A stretch of 10,484 nt of DNA from an uncultured Gammaproteobacteria bacterium (GTDB lineage: Bacteria > Pseudomonadota > Gammaproteobacteria > UBA6002). Below the pieces are notes generated by a model. That model was not told where the DNA came from. It ran no database searches and saw nothing but the letters and a program-made list of their open reading frames with translations. Shown piece by piece: positions 1-8,106 of this stretch. How positions within the stretch are numbered: position 1 is the first letter of the stretch; each line of letters begins with the position of its first letter. The DNA lies in contig CAVPKM010000006.1 of assembly GCA_963705725.1 (NCBI GenBank), forward strand, positions 1 to 10,484, in the 5' to 3' direction. A program made the position numbers and the translations under genes.

Positions 1-49
1 CCTCTTATTATCATTTGAATTTAGTTGAACGATGGCGACTTTCATATTC

Positions 50-1993
50 TTATAAACTTGCTTTCACTAAGTTAATTAAACCACCAGCCTTTATTATTTT
101 TACTTGGCGCTCGGATAAATTATGTTTGACAGCAAATGCTTGTTGTTTATTTTTCATTTGAACAAGAAATTCATTTCCCTGTTCCAAAGTATTGATGAGG
201 TTATCAATAAATAAAATTTCATTTATTTCAATTTCGTCGTAGGCATTAGGATCAATAAAGGTAACGGGTAAAATGCCAAAATTAATCAAGTTTTGCCAAT
301 GGATTCGAGCAAAACTTTTTGCAATAACAAGTTTTAAGCCAAGATAACGCGGAGCAATAGCGGCATGTTCACGGCTTGAACCTTGACCATAATTTTCACC
401 AGCAATAATCGTATGACCCGTTTGCTCAGCTATTGCCCTAGCTCGATTAGCATAGGTAGGATCCATTAAATCATAAACAAATTCGCTAATCTTAGGAATA
501 TTGCTACGATAAGGTAGGACTCGAGCGCCAGCTGGCAGAATTTCATCAGTTGAAATATCATTACCCACCTTCAACAAAACCGGTAAAGTTAACGCATTAG
601 GCAGAGAGTCAAAAATCGGTAAAGAATGAATATTGGGTCCTTTAATTAAGGTGACTTGCCTTGCTTGATTTTCATCGATGGGCGAATGTAACATATCATG
701 ATTGATAATTTTTTCACCTGAATGCGTTATTTTAGGATAGGGGAGAGCTAAATCACGAGGGTCGGTAATTTTCCCGGTAAGGGCAGAAGCGGTTGCCGTT
801 TCTGGACTACAGAGAAATACACGATCTTCAGGGGTTCCAGAGCGCCCAGGAAAATTACGCGGAGTGGTTCGTAAACTATTTTTTTCCGTGGCCGGGGCTT
901 GACCCATTCCAATGCAACCATTACAACCTGCTTGGTGGACTCTTGCTCCGGCATGAATCATATCAGCTAGGTAGCCTTCTCTGACGAGTTCTTCAAAAGA
1001 GTTTCGTGAGGTAGGATTGATATCATAAGATACGCCGGTTGGAATTTTTTTGCCCTTGACCATTTCTGCTGAAATTGCAAAATCTCTAAATCCGGGATTG
1101 GCGGATGAACCAATATACGCTTGATAAATAGGTTCTCCGGTTAGTTCTCTTACTTTGACAACGTTATCCGGGTTACTTGGCATCGCAATAAGAGGTTCAA
1201 GCGTTGCTAAGTGGATGATGTCGTGTTTATCATAACTTGCCTCTTCATCTGCCTGAAGCTCACACCAATCTTCTGCCCGACCTTGGTCGATTAAAAATTT
1301 TTTCGTATTTTCATCAGAAGGGAAAACGGTGGTAGTGGCGCCGAGCTCAGCTCCCATATTTGCAATGACATGGCGATCCATCGCTGTTAGCTGCTTTAAG
1401 CCTGAACCATAATATTCTATTATATAGCCTATTCCGCCTTTCACACTATGACGTCGCAACATTTCAAGGATAATATCCTTTGCACTGACCCATTCAGGAA
1501 GGTCTCCTTCTAGCTTTACGCCAAATACTTTTGGCATCCTGACGAAGTAGGGCTTGCCCGCCATAGCAAGTGCCACTTCAAGCCCGCCGGTGCCAATGGC
1601 TAGCATCCCCAAAGAGCCGGCGGCGCAAGTATGACTATCTGATCCAAGTAGCATCTTACCGGGCTTACCAAACGCTTGCATATGCACGGGATGGCTAACG
1701 CCATTGCCTGGACGACTAAACCAAACTCCAAATCGTTGGCAAGCGCTTTGCAAAAAAAGATGATCATCTGGATTTTTATAATCTTCTTGAATCAGGTTAT
1801 GATCAACATATTGAACTGATAACTCTGTTTTAACCCGATCCAATTCCATTGCTTCCAGTTCTAGCATCACTAAAGTGCCCGTTGCATCTTGAGTCAGCGT
1901 TTGATCTACTTTCAAGGCGATTTCTTGCCCTGGTATCATCTCGCCATTTAAAAGATGGGCATGAATCAGTTTTTGTGCAATATTCATCGGCAT
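50..1993 (-). CDS. Aconitate hydratase, short (~650 aa) putative-aconitase type
   Basis: 647-aa ORF with aconitase-family motifs QDATG, DHN, GSDSHT, CNGCIG, RNFPGR and YGQGSSREHAA. AAGGAGG Shine-Dalgarno just upstream of the ATG. 34 bp downstream of fumC on the same strand. Confidence 0.92.
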   Translation of the reverse strand: MPMNIAQKLIHAHLLNGEMIPGQEIALKVDQTLTQDATGTLVMLELEAMELDRVKTELSVQYVDHNLIQEDYKNPDDHLFLQSACQRFGVWFSRPGNGVSHPVHMQAFGKPGKMLLGSDSHTCAAGSLGMLAIGTGGLEVALAMAGKPYFVRMPKVFGVKLEGDLPEWVSAKDIILEMLRRHSVKGGIGYIIEYYGSGLKQLTAMDRHVIANMGAELGATTTVFPSDENTKKFLIDQGRAEDWCELQADEEASYDKHDIIHLATLEPLIAMPSNPDNVVKVRELTGEPIYQAYIGSSANPGFRDFAISAEMVKGKKIPTGVSYDINPTSRNSFEELVREGYLADMIHAGARVHQAGCNGCIGMGQAPATEKNSLRTTPRNFPGRSGTPEDRVFLCSPETATASALTGKITDPRDLALPYPKITHSGEKIINHDMLHSPIDENQARQVTLIKGPNIHSLPIFDSLPNALTLPVLLKVGNDISTDEILPAGARVLPYRSNIPKISEFVYDLMDPTYANRARAIAEQTGHTIIAGENYGQGSSREHAAIAPRYLGLKLVIAKSFARIHWQNLINFGILPVTFIDPNAYDEIEINEILFIDNLINTLEQGNEFLVQMKNKQQAFAVKHNLSERQVKIIKAGGLINLVKASL

Positions 1994-2027
1994 AGTTTTC
2001 CTCCTTGAAAAGCCTCTTTAATCTATT

Positions 2028-3440
2028 CTAGGAAAAATTTTTCTCCTTCGCGAAAGGATGAGCCATTTTTTTAGGTTGCACAGCGTGATCAAATTGTTCA
2101 GAAGTTAAAAAGCCAAGTGCGATGGCTGCGTCTTTCAGCCCAGTCCCTTCTACATAGGCTTTATGGGCAATTTTAGCCGCTTTGTCGTAACCAATGACTG
2201 GATTTAATGCCGTGACCAGCATTAATGAATCGCTCACATAATGATTTATTTTATCGATATTTACCTGAATTCCTTCCACAGCGTATTTTCTAAAACTATG
2301 ACAAGCATCAGTTAAAATTCTAACCGAGTGTAAAAAATTAAAAATCATTACCGGTTTATAGACATTTAACTCAAAATTACCTTGTGATCCAGCAATACTA
2401 ACAGCCGTATCATTACCCAGGACCTGTACACAAACCATGGTCATCGCTTCACATTGTGTGGGATTAACCTTGCCTGGCATAATGGAAGAACCTGGCTCAT
2501 TTTCAGGCAAAATTAATTCGCCTAATCCACACCGAGGACCAGAAGCTAACCAACGTATATCATTAGCAATTTTCATTAACGATGTGGCTAAAGTTTTTAA
2601 TGCACCACTTGCCATCACAATGGCATCGTGGCTGGCAAGTGCAGCAAATTTGTTAGGTGCACTAATAAAATCTATATGGGTTAATCGACTAATTTCATCT
2701 GCAGCCATTTTTGCAAATTGCGGATCCGTATTCAGACCTGTGCCCACTGCTGTCCCGCCCAATGCTAATTCTTTGAGAGTAGGGAGAGTCCCTTCGATAT
2801 AGCGAATATTTAAATTAAGTTGTGCCACATAGCCTGAAAATTCTTGACCAAGGGTGAGCGGGACGGCGTCTTGCAAATGGGTTCGCCCAATTTTGACAAT
2901 ATCCGCAAATGCTTTTTCCTTTTCTTCCAGGGCTTGTTTAAGTGCCCTCACAGCGGGCAGAAGTTGCTCGACTAACTCTGTGACAGCGGCAATGTGCATG
3001 GCTGTTGGAAAAGTATCATTAGAAGACTGGCACATATTCACCTGATCATTGGGATGGATCAGCGCCTTGCTGCCTTTTTCTCCTCCCAATATCTCTGCCG
3101 CTCTATTCGCAATGACTTCATTCACGTTCATGTTTGTTTGAGTACCGCTGCCGGTTTGCCAGACATGTAAAGGAAAATTTTCCTCTAATTTTCCGCTTAT
3201 CACTTCATCGCAGCTGGCAATAATGGCTTTTGCTTTATCTTCCGGAAGTTTGCCAGATTGTTGATTTACCATGGCTGCTGCCTTTTTTAAAATCGCAAAA
3301 GCTTTGATTAATTCTTTTGGCATTAAATCTTGACCGATATTGAAATGCAGTAAGGAGCGCTGTGTTTGTGCTCCCCAATAACGATCAGCAGGCACTTCAA
3401 TTTTACCCATACTATCTGTTTCAACACGCATTTTTGACAT
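2028..3440 (-). CDS. fumC: Class II fumarate hydratase
   Basis: Motifs [38 protein letters not shown] and the fumarate-lyase signature [15 protein letters not shown]. Start moved from 3482 to the ATG at 3440 (MSKMRVE, 470 aa), which has AGAGG 5 nt upstream. Confidence 0.97.
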   Translation of the reverse strand: MSKMRVETDSMGKIEVPADRYWGAQTQRSLLHFNIGQDLMPKELIKAFAILKKAAAMVNQQSGKLPEDKAKAIIASCDEVISGKLEENFPLHVWQTGSGTQTNMNVNEVIANRAAEILGGEKGSKALIHPNDQVNMCQSSNDTFPTAMHIAAVTELVEQLLPAVRALKQALEEKEKAFADIVKIGRTHLQDAVPLTLGQEFSGYVAQLNLNIRYIEGTLPTLKELALGGTAVGTGLNTDPQFAKMAADEISRLTHIDFISAPNKFAALASHDAIVMASGALKTLATSLMKIANDIRWLASGPRCGLGELILPENEPGSSIMPGKVNPTQCEAMTMVCVQVLGNDTAVSIAGSQGNFELNVYKPVMIFNFLHSVRILTDACHSFRKYAVEGIQVNIDKINHYVSDSLMLVTALNPVIGYDKAAKIAHKAYVEGTGLKDAAIALGFLTSEQFDHAVQPKKMAHPFAKEKNFS

Positions 3441-3487
3441 AAAAACCTCTTGATAATTTATATAAAGCACTAAATCCAACATAAAGT

Positions 3488-3496
3488 ACTATAATT
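3488..3496 (+). promoter_or_regulatory. Putative -10 element (ACTATAATT) for the 127-aa membrane protein gene
   Basis: Perfect TATAAT at 3490-3495, about 30 nt before the ATG. AAGGGGG RBS at 3515-3521. No recognisable -35. Confidence 0.5.
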
Positions 3497-3525
3497 TTAC
3501 GGATCGTTGGCGCTAAGGGGGAAAA

Positions 3526-3909
3526 ATGAATTTATCACGCTTTTTAGCAGCTGTCATGGGTTGGTATTTCATCATCATCAGTTTATTAGTGCTTTTGCGC
3601 TATAAAGTTTTTGAGCGAATAGCTAGAGAGCTCTGTCATGTGGAAGCCGCTTGGACATTATCTGGCATGATTATCTTGGTCTTTGGCTTAATCATTGCAG
3701 TGAGTCATAGCTTATGGACACCTGATTGGCGTTTTTTAGTCACCTTAATTGGGTGGATTCTTTTAATTAAGGGGGTAAGTCGCCTTTATTTTCCCACTAT
3801 GACTAAACATCTCACCATACAATGGTTGCAGCGTCGTTATTTGAACCTAATTAGCGCAATACTCTCGTTAGTAATAGGAATATTTTTAATTTATTGCGCG
3901 TATAATTAA
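3526..3909 (+). CDS. Small integral membrane protein of unknown function (about 4 TM helices)
   Basis: 127 aa with four hydrophobic segments, including the HSLW..DWRFLVTLIGW..LIKG stretch. Clear RBS. Its stop codon overlaps the stop of the convergent gene (TTAA 3906-3909). Confidence 0.85.
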   Translation: MNLSRFLAAVMGWYFIIISLLVLLRYKVFERIARELCHVEAAWTLSGMIILVFGLIIAVSHSLWTPDWRFLVTLIGWILLIKGVSRLYFPTMTKHLTIQWLQRRYLNLISAILSLVIGIFLIYCAYN

Positions 3910-5519
3910 TGCTGATATACCTGTAAATTGTTTAGATTAAGATTAATTTCCTCAGTTGAGTTGGAGTAACCGGATCTGCGCCAAAAATTAGATGCTGGCA
4001 CACTCACCATTCTAAATTGATAGGATGGATGGTATGTAGCTGCTTCATGAAAAGCTTTACAAACAAATAAAAGAGAAAATAAAGTGGCATACGACTGGTC
4101 AGAAAATTCATTTCCAACAATTGTGGTAATCATATGAGCAAGAAATGTAATATTGACTCCTAGTGCGGTATAAGATTGATTAAAAAGATAACCATCATTG
4201 TCATGAATTGAACTCACACTATTAAAAAAATTCCTAAGCCTTTCCAGGTGACTGACAACCTGCAAATTACTGAGAGAAACTTGTGCTGTACTGGATGTGA
4301 TGCCAGAAAATTTCTTTTTTAATTTGTTTTTTGCATAAACAAGATTTGCAATGTCGTCAAAGTTAAGATCTTTCAATACGCCATAAAAATTATTCAATGC
4401 CGTATCATCAGCAAACCAGTCAAATATGTCAAAAACATGACATTCTTTTGCCACATTAGCCATCTGTTTTAAAATAGCTTGAGGATTTTCATAATCACCT
4501 AGGCAAACTTGATGATCGATAATTAATGCAGGTGTATTTTCCCAAGCGGGGTGAGCTTGATAAATTCCATTAATCATGGTGAACAATTTATAGGCAGCTA
4601 AATGCTTTTTATTATTATCTCTAATAAAAGAATTACGCTCATGACATCGATAAATTTTTTGAAATGCAGATCGGCATTTTTTAAAATAATAAAAATTTTT
4701 TATAGCTAAATTTTCCAGAAATTTTTTATAAAAATCTTCTTTCATTAAAAAAATTTTGAAGTCCCTATCGTGATAACGATCCATTTCTTGACAGAATAAA
4801 ATCGTGAACATCATTGAATTTTTATGCTCGGCCATATCAAGCATGGAATGAATGTTCATTGATAAAGAAGCAAGGTAGTAATCGATTACCATATCTTCTT
4901 CTCTTCCAAATTTAGATTCACGCCAATGAACTTGCAATTGTTTTAGTGCGTATGAGTATTTATTGAACTGCAGTTTATCCGCCACTAATTGAGATGCGCA
5001 AATAGAATTTGCATTTCTGTAAAGTATTTCTGCTATTTTATGCCTATTTTTTTTGCTTAAGCTGATGACAGTTTCATTTAATAATTCCGCATCATCAATT
5101 TGAGCAAACAATCCACAAAATAATATTTCAAAAGATTCGAATTGCTGATTTTCTTCATAGAAATCTTCAATAAAATTATTATAGATTTCAGCATGATCTG
5201 TATTAAATTGGCAGGAAGTATATTTTTTAATAAAAATTTTTTCATCATCAAAACTATTTTGATCAAAAATGATTGCCTGAACTTGAGTTCGAATCCCATC
5301 TTGAATTGCACGAAGAACAAATTCTTTAGCAGCGAAAATATCGAGATAAATAAAATCTGTTAGATAATAACGAGAAAGTTTAAATTGATATTTAAAACCC
5401 CCTTTGCTTGGTTCATATAAATAATGTAAAGATAATTCTCGATGCTGCCGAGAATAGTTCTCACCTCGTTTTTTTCTTCTACAAATTTCCGCACGAAGTA
5501 TGTTCGTTCTATCTTTCAT
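3906..5519 (-). CDS. Hypothetical protein, candidate secreted effector
   Basis: 537-aa open frame in very AT-rich DNA. AGGTGA RBS (complement of 5526-5531). No family recognised. Basic RRKKR patch near the N-terminus. Divergent from the Wip-like gene. The effector role is an inference. Confidence 0.75.
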   Translation of the reverse strand: MKDRTNILRAEICRRKKRGENYSRQHRELSLHYLYEPSKGGFKYQFKLSRYYLTDFIYLDIFAAKEFVLRAIQDGIRTQVQAIIFDQNSFDDEKIFIKKYTSCQFNTDHAEIYNNFIEDFYEENQQFESFEILFCGLFAQIDDAELLNETVISLSKKNRHKIAEILYRNANSICASQLVADKLQFNKYSYALKQLQVHWRESKFGREEDMVIDYYLASLSMNIHSMLDMAEHKNSMMFTILFCQEMDRYHDRDFKIFLMKEDFYKKFLENLAIKNFYYFKKCRSAFQKIYRCHERNSFIRDNNKKHLAAYKLFTMINGIYQAHPAWENTPALIIDHQVCLGDYENPQAILKQMANVAKECHVFDIFDWFADDTALNNFYGVLKDLNFDDIANLVYAKNKLKKKFSGITSSTAQVSLSNLQVVSHLERLRNFFNSVSSIHDNDGYLFNQSYTALGVNITFLAHMITTIVGNEFSDQSYATLFSLLFVCKAFHEAATYHPSYQFRMVSVPASNFWRRSGYSNSTEEINLNLNNLQVYQH

Positions 5520-5537
5520 ATTTTATCACCTATTTTT

Positions 5538-5546
5538 ACTATAATT
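5538..5546 (+). promoter_or_regulatory. Putative -10 element (ACTATAATT) for the Wip-like gene
   Basis: TATAAT at 5540-5545 in the 61-bp divergent intergenic region, about 35 nt before the ATG at 5581. Confidence 0.45.
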
Positions 5547-5580
5547 TATATTGAAATTTTAAATAAAGAGTAAATACTGG

Positions 5581-7119
5581 ATGCTAACCCCTAATATTGA
5601 GTTAATTGAAAAAAAAGTAGACATCTACCAGTTGCCCTCTCGCAATGAGGTGCATGTCCTGGCAGAAGGAGCGCTAATTGCACTTGGCGACTTGCATGCC
5701 AACACCATGAAATTGATCTTCATGTTAATTCTGTTCGGCGTAATAACCAATATGTCTCAGGAAGATTTTAAACAATTAGTTCAGATCTATACAGCTAGGG
5801 CTTTGACAAAATCTTCGATTGAAGCTTTTGAAGCTATCCTAAAAAACAAGAATTTAAATTTTCAACAAAAAATAAAAGTCTTATTAATTGGAGATGAAGT
5901 AGGGGATAGAGGCAAAAATGATGGCTTGACTCTCATCACTTTATTTGAACTTTTTTTAAGAGGCATTGAGCTTGAAATATTACTATCCAACCATGGGATA
6001 GAATTTATTATCGCTTATGAAAAAGGCAAAGAATTTACGCTTTCCCTATTGCAAATTATTCATGGAGGTTCCATGGAAAGATTGAATCAATCCATTCAAT
6101 CTGGTGCGATCTCAAAAGAAAAAGTGTTTGAAATGATTGAAAAGGCTTACAAGCCTAATCTGCGTGTACTTTCTTATTCACTTGATAAAGAAAATAATGC
6201 GATTACTCTCTACAGCCATGCTCCAATTGGATTAGATAATATTGAAGCATTAGCAGCGAAACTGGGTGTAAACTATATTGATACTACCGCTGAAGACCTT
6301 GCTCGAACGATTGACAAAATTAATGCAAAGTTTCAAAACTACGTTAATGCTAATAAAGTGCATACATTATTTGATCAAGCAAAGTTACAAGAGGGTTATC
6401 GTAACATACGGGCAGATTTACGAGACGACCCTTTTTCATTTGTTATGTACAACCGTCGTTATGATTTCCTTAATCGACCGGCCAATCATCATAATTATCG
6501 AGTAAATTTTGTTCACGGACATGATCCAGATGGTTATACAATGGATAATGTTGTTGATCTTGACGACTTTCTAGGAAAAGGACTTAAGTTTAACCAAGGG
6601 ACTTTTGCCGTAATTTACTCACACGTAAATGAAAGACCACTCCAAGAAACAGCAACGAGTTCAAGTTATCCAAACACGTATTTTACTCCTGTTTGGCCTT
6701 TAGCGCTTTCTGAACAGTTTTATTCTTATCAAGCCAATTATAAAAATGGCAGTATCGCTATCTCCTGCCCATCAGATTCAGATCAAGTGAGTAAACTATA
6801 CCAATATTTTAATCATTATCTGCCTGGGTTATTATCCCTTAACCAGGAAGAGAATTCGATTACCGTCAATCCAGTGAAAGCGGGTGTGGGGGGAGTTTCT
6901 CTGGTTGGGGAGGATGAAAATGAAAAATTTGTTATTACTTTTCCAGAAGCTAAATATCGAAATTTTTTCATGTTATTTCTTGGTTTAGATATGGATCCTG
7001 ATAATGCTGATAAAAATTATCAGCAAAGCGGCTATGAAGTAGGAGAGGAATCGCCAAACAAATTGTATCTTAGCCCTCAATTTTTTAACTTACATAAAGG
7101 TAAGCAGCCTTCCCCCTAA
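5581..7119 (+). CDS. Wip-family (WipA/WipB-like) Dot/Icm effector metallophosphatase with an extra C-terminal domain
   Basis: PPP/metallophosphoesterase motifs in order: GDLHAN, IGDEVGDRG, LLSNHG, YSHA, FVHGHD. These variant spellings match the Legionella Wip effector phosphatases as I recall them. Confidence 0.8.
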   Translation: MLTPNIELIEKKVDIYQLPSRNEVHVLAEGALIALGDLHANTMKLIFMLILFGVITNMSQEDFKQLVQIYTARALTKSSIEAFEAILKNKNLNFQQKIKVLLIGDEVGDRGKNDGLTLITLFELFLRGIELEILLSNHGIEFIIAYEKGKEFTLSLLQIIHGGSMERLNQSIQSGAISKEKVFEMIEKAYKPNLRVLSYSLDKENNAITLYSHAPIGLDNIEALAAKLGVNYIDTTAEDLARTIDKINAKFQNYVNANKVHTLFDQAKLQEGYRNIRADLRDDPFSFVMYNRRYDFLNRPANHHNYRVNFVHGHDPDGYTMDNVVDLDDFLGKGLKFNQGTFAVIYSHVNERPLQETATSSSYPNTYFTPVWPLALSEQFYSYQANYKNGSIAISCPSDSDQVSKLYQYFNHYLPGLLSLNQEENSITVNPVKAGVGGVSLVGEDENEKFVITFPEAKYRNFFMLFLGLDMDPDNADKNYQQSGYEVGEESPNKLYLSPQFFNLHKGKQPSP

Positions 7120-7122
7120 TCA

Positions 7123-7131
7123 ACTATAATT
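7123..7131 (+). promoter_or_regulatory. Putative -10 element (ACTATAATT) for iaaA
   Basis: TATAAT at 7125-7130, about 28 nt before the ATG at 7159. GGATGAG possible RBS. Confidence 0.45.
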
Positions 7132-7158
7132 CATGTTTTAACTCTGGATGAGTAAGCA

Positions 7159-8064
7159 ATGAAAGAAAATATTCGAATCATCATACATGGTGGTGCGGGA
7201 ATTATTAACATAGCTGAGGAAAATGATGAGCATGTAAAACGTAACCTAAGAAAATTAAAACAAATTATTGAAGCCAATTATCAAGCCCTGCTTGGTGGTG
7301 CAAGTGCTTTAGACGTTGCCGAACAAGCTGTGATTGAATTAGAAAATGATGAAGGCTTTAATGCCGGGCGCGGAGCAGTATTAAATAGTGATGGGTCAGT
7401 CGAATTAGATGCCGCTATTATGGATGGAAGAAACCGCGGTGCAGGTGCTATCGCGGCAGTTAAACGAGTCAAAAATCCCATTTCTGGGGCGCGGGCTGTC
7501 ATGGAATATAGTCATCATGTCTTGCTAGTTGGTCATAATGCTGACCTGTACTGCGAATCACATCATGTTGAAATGACCCAGACACAATATTTCATTACGG
7601 AAGACAGGCGTCTGCAATTAGAAAAAGCGCAAAGAGAAGGGCATGTCAAAGATATCGATGTCCTGGGCACAGTAGGCGCCGTGGTAAGAGATGTTTACGG
7701 CAATTTAGCGACAGCCACCTCAACCGGTGGCAAAACCAATAAAACGCCGGGGAGAGTGGGAGATTCACCAATTATCGGTGCTGGCACTTGGGCTGATAAT
7801 AGCTGCTGTGCCATTTCTGCAACAGGCGATGGTGAGATGTTCATTAAATCCGTTTTTGCCCATGAAGTTGCCGCAAGGGTTAAGTACAAAGAAGAATTGC
7901 TGTCTGTAGCTTGCAAGCAAATCTTGCAGGAAGTCAAACAGCTAGGGGGCGAGGGGGGATGTATTGGAATTGATAAGGATGGAAATATTGTAATGGAATA
8001 TAACACCTTAGGCATGTACCGCGGCTGGATTGATGAGGTAGGACAGTCTTTTTCTGCTATTTAA
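7159..8064 (+). CDS. iaaA: Isoaspartyl peptidase / L-asparaginase (Ntn-hydrolase, plant-type asparaginase family)
   Basis: Motifs IIIHGGAG, LE...FNAGRG, ELDAAIMDG, G|TVGAV (nucleophile Thr171, codon 7669-7671), ATSTGG, GRVGDSP and SATGDGE. Confidence 0.95.
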   Translation: MKENIRIIIHGGAGIINIAEENDEHVKRNLRKLKQIIEANYQALLGGASALDVAEQAVIELENDEGFNAGRGAVLNSDGSVELDAAIMDGRNRGAGAIAAVKRVKNPISGARAVMEYSHHVLLVGHNADLYCESHHVEMTQTQYFITEDRRLQLEKAQREGHVKDIDVLGTVGAVVRDVYGNLATATSTGGKTNKTPGRVGDSPIIGAGTWADNSCCAISATGDGEMFIKSVFAHEVAARVKYKEELLSVACKQILQEVKQLGGEGGCIGIDKDGNIVMEYNTLGMYRGWIDEVGQSFSAI

Positions 8065-8106
8065 CCTACCTACATCCCAGCCTCCGCACTTAATTAAAAA
8101 TTGTAC
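7543..8106. repeat. Direct repeat copy 1 (564 bp), start of the 1614-bp duplication unit
   Basis: Matches 9157-9720 with no mismatch found by eye. ORF-track translations in three frames are identical at offset 1614. Confidence 0.95.

Noticed and set aside
3441-3482. 14-aa N-terminal extension of FumC in the ORF track
   Set aside because: FumC-like sequence starts at MSKMRVE, and the RBS lies before the ATG at 3440.
5559-5574. CpxR-like box TTAAA-N6-GTAAA before the Wip-like gene
   Set aside because: One half-site mismatches, it overlaps the RBS region, and such matches are expected by chance in AT-rich DNA.
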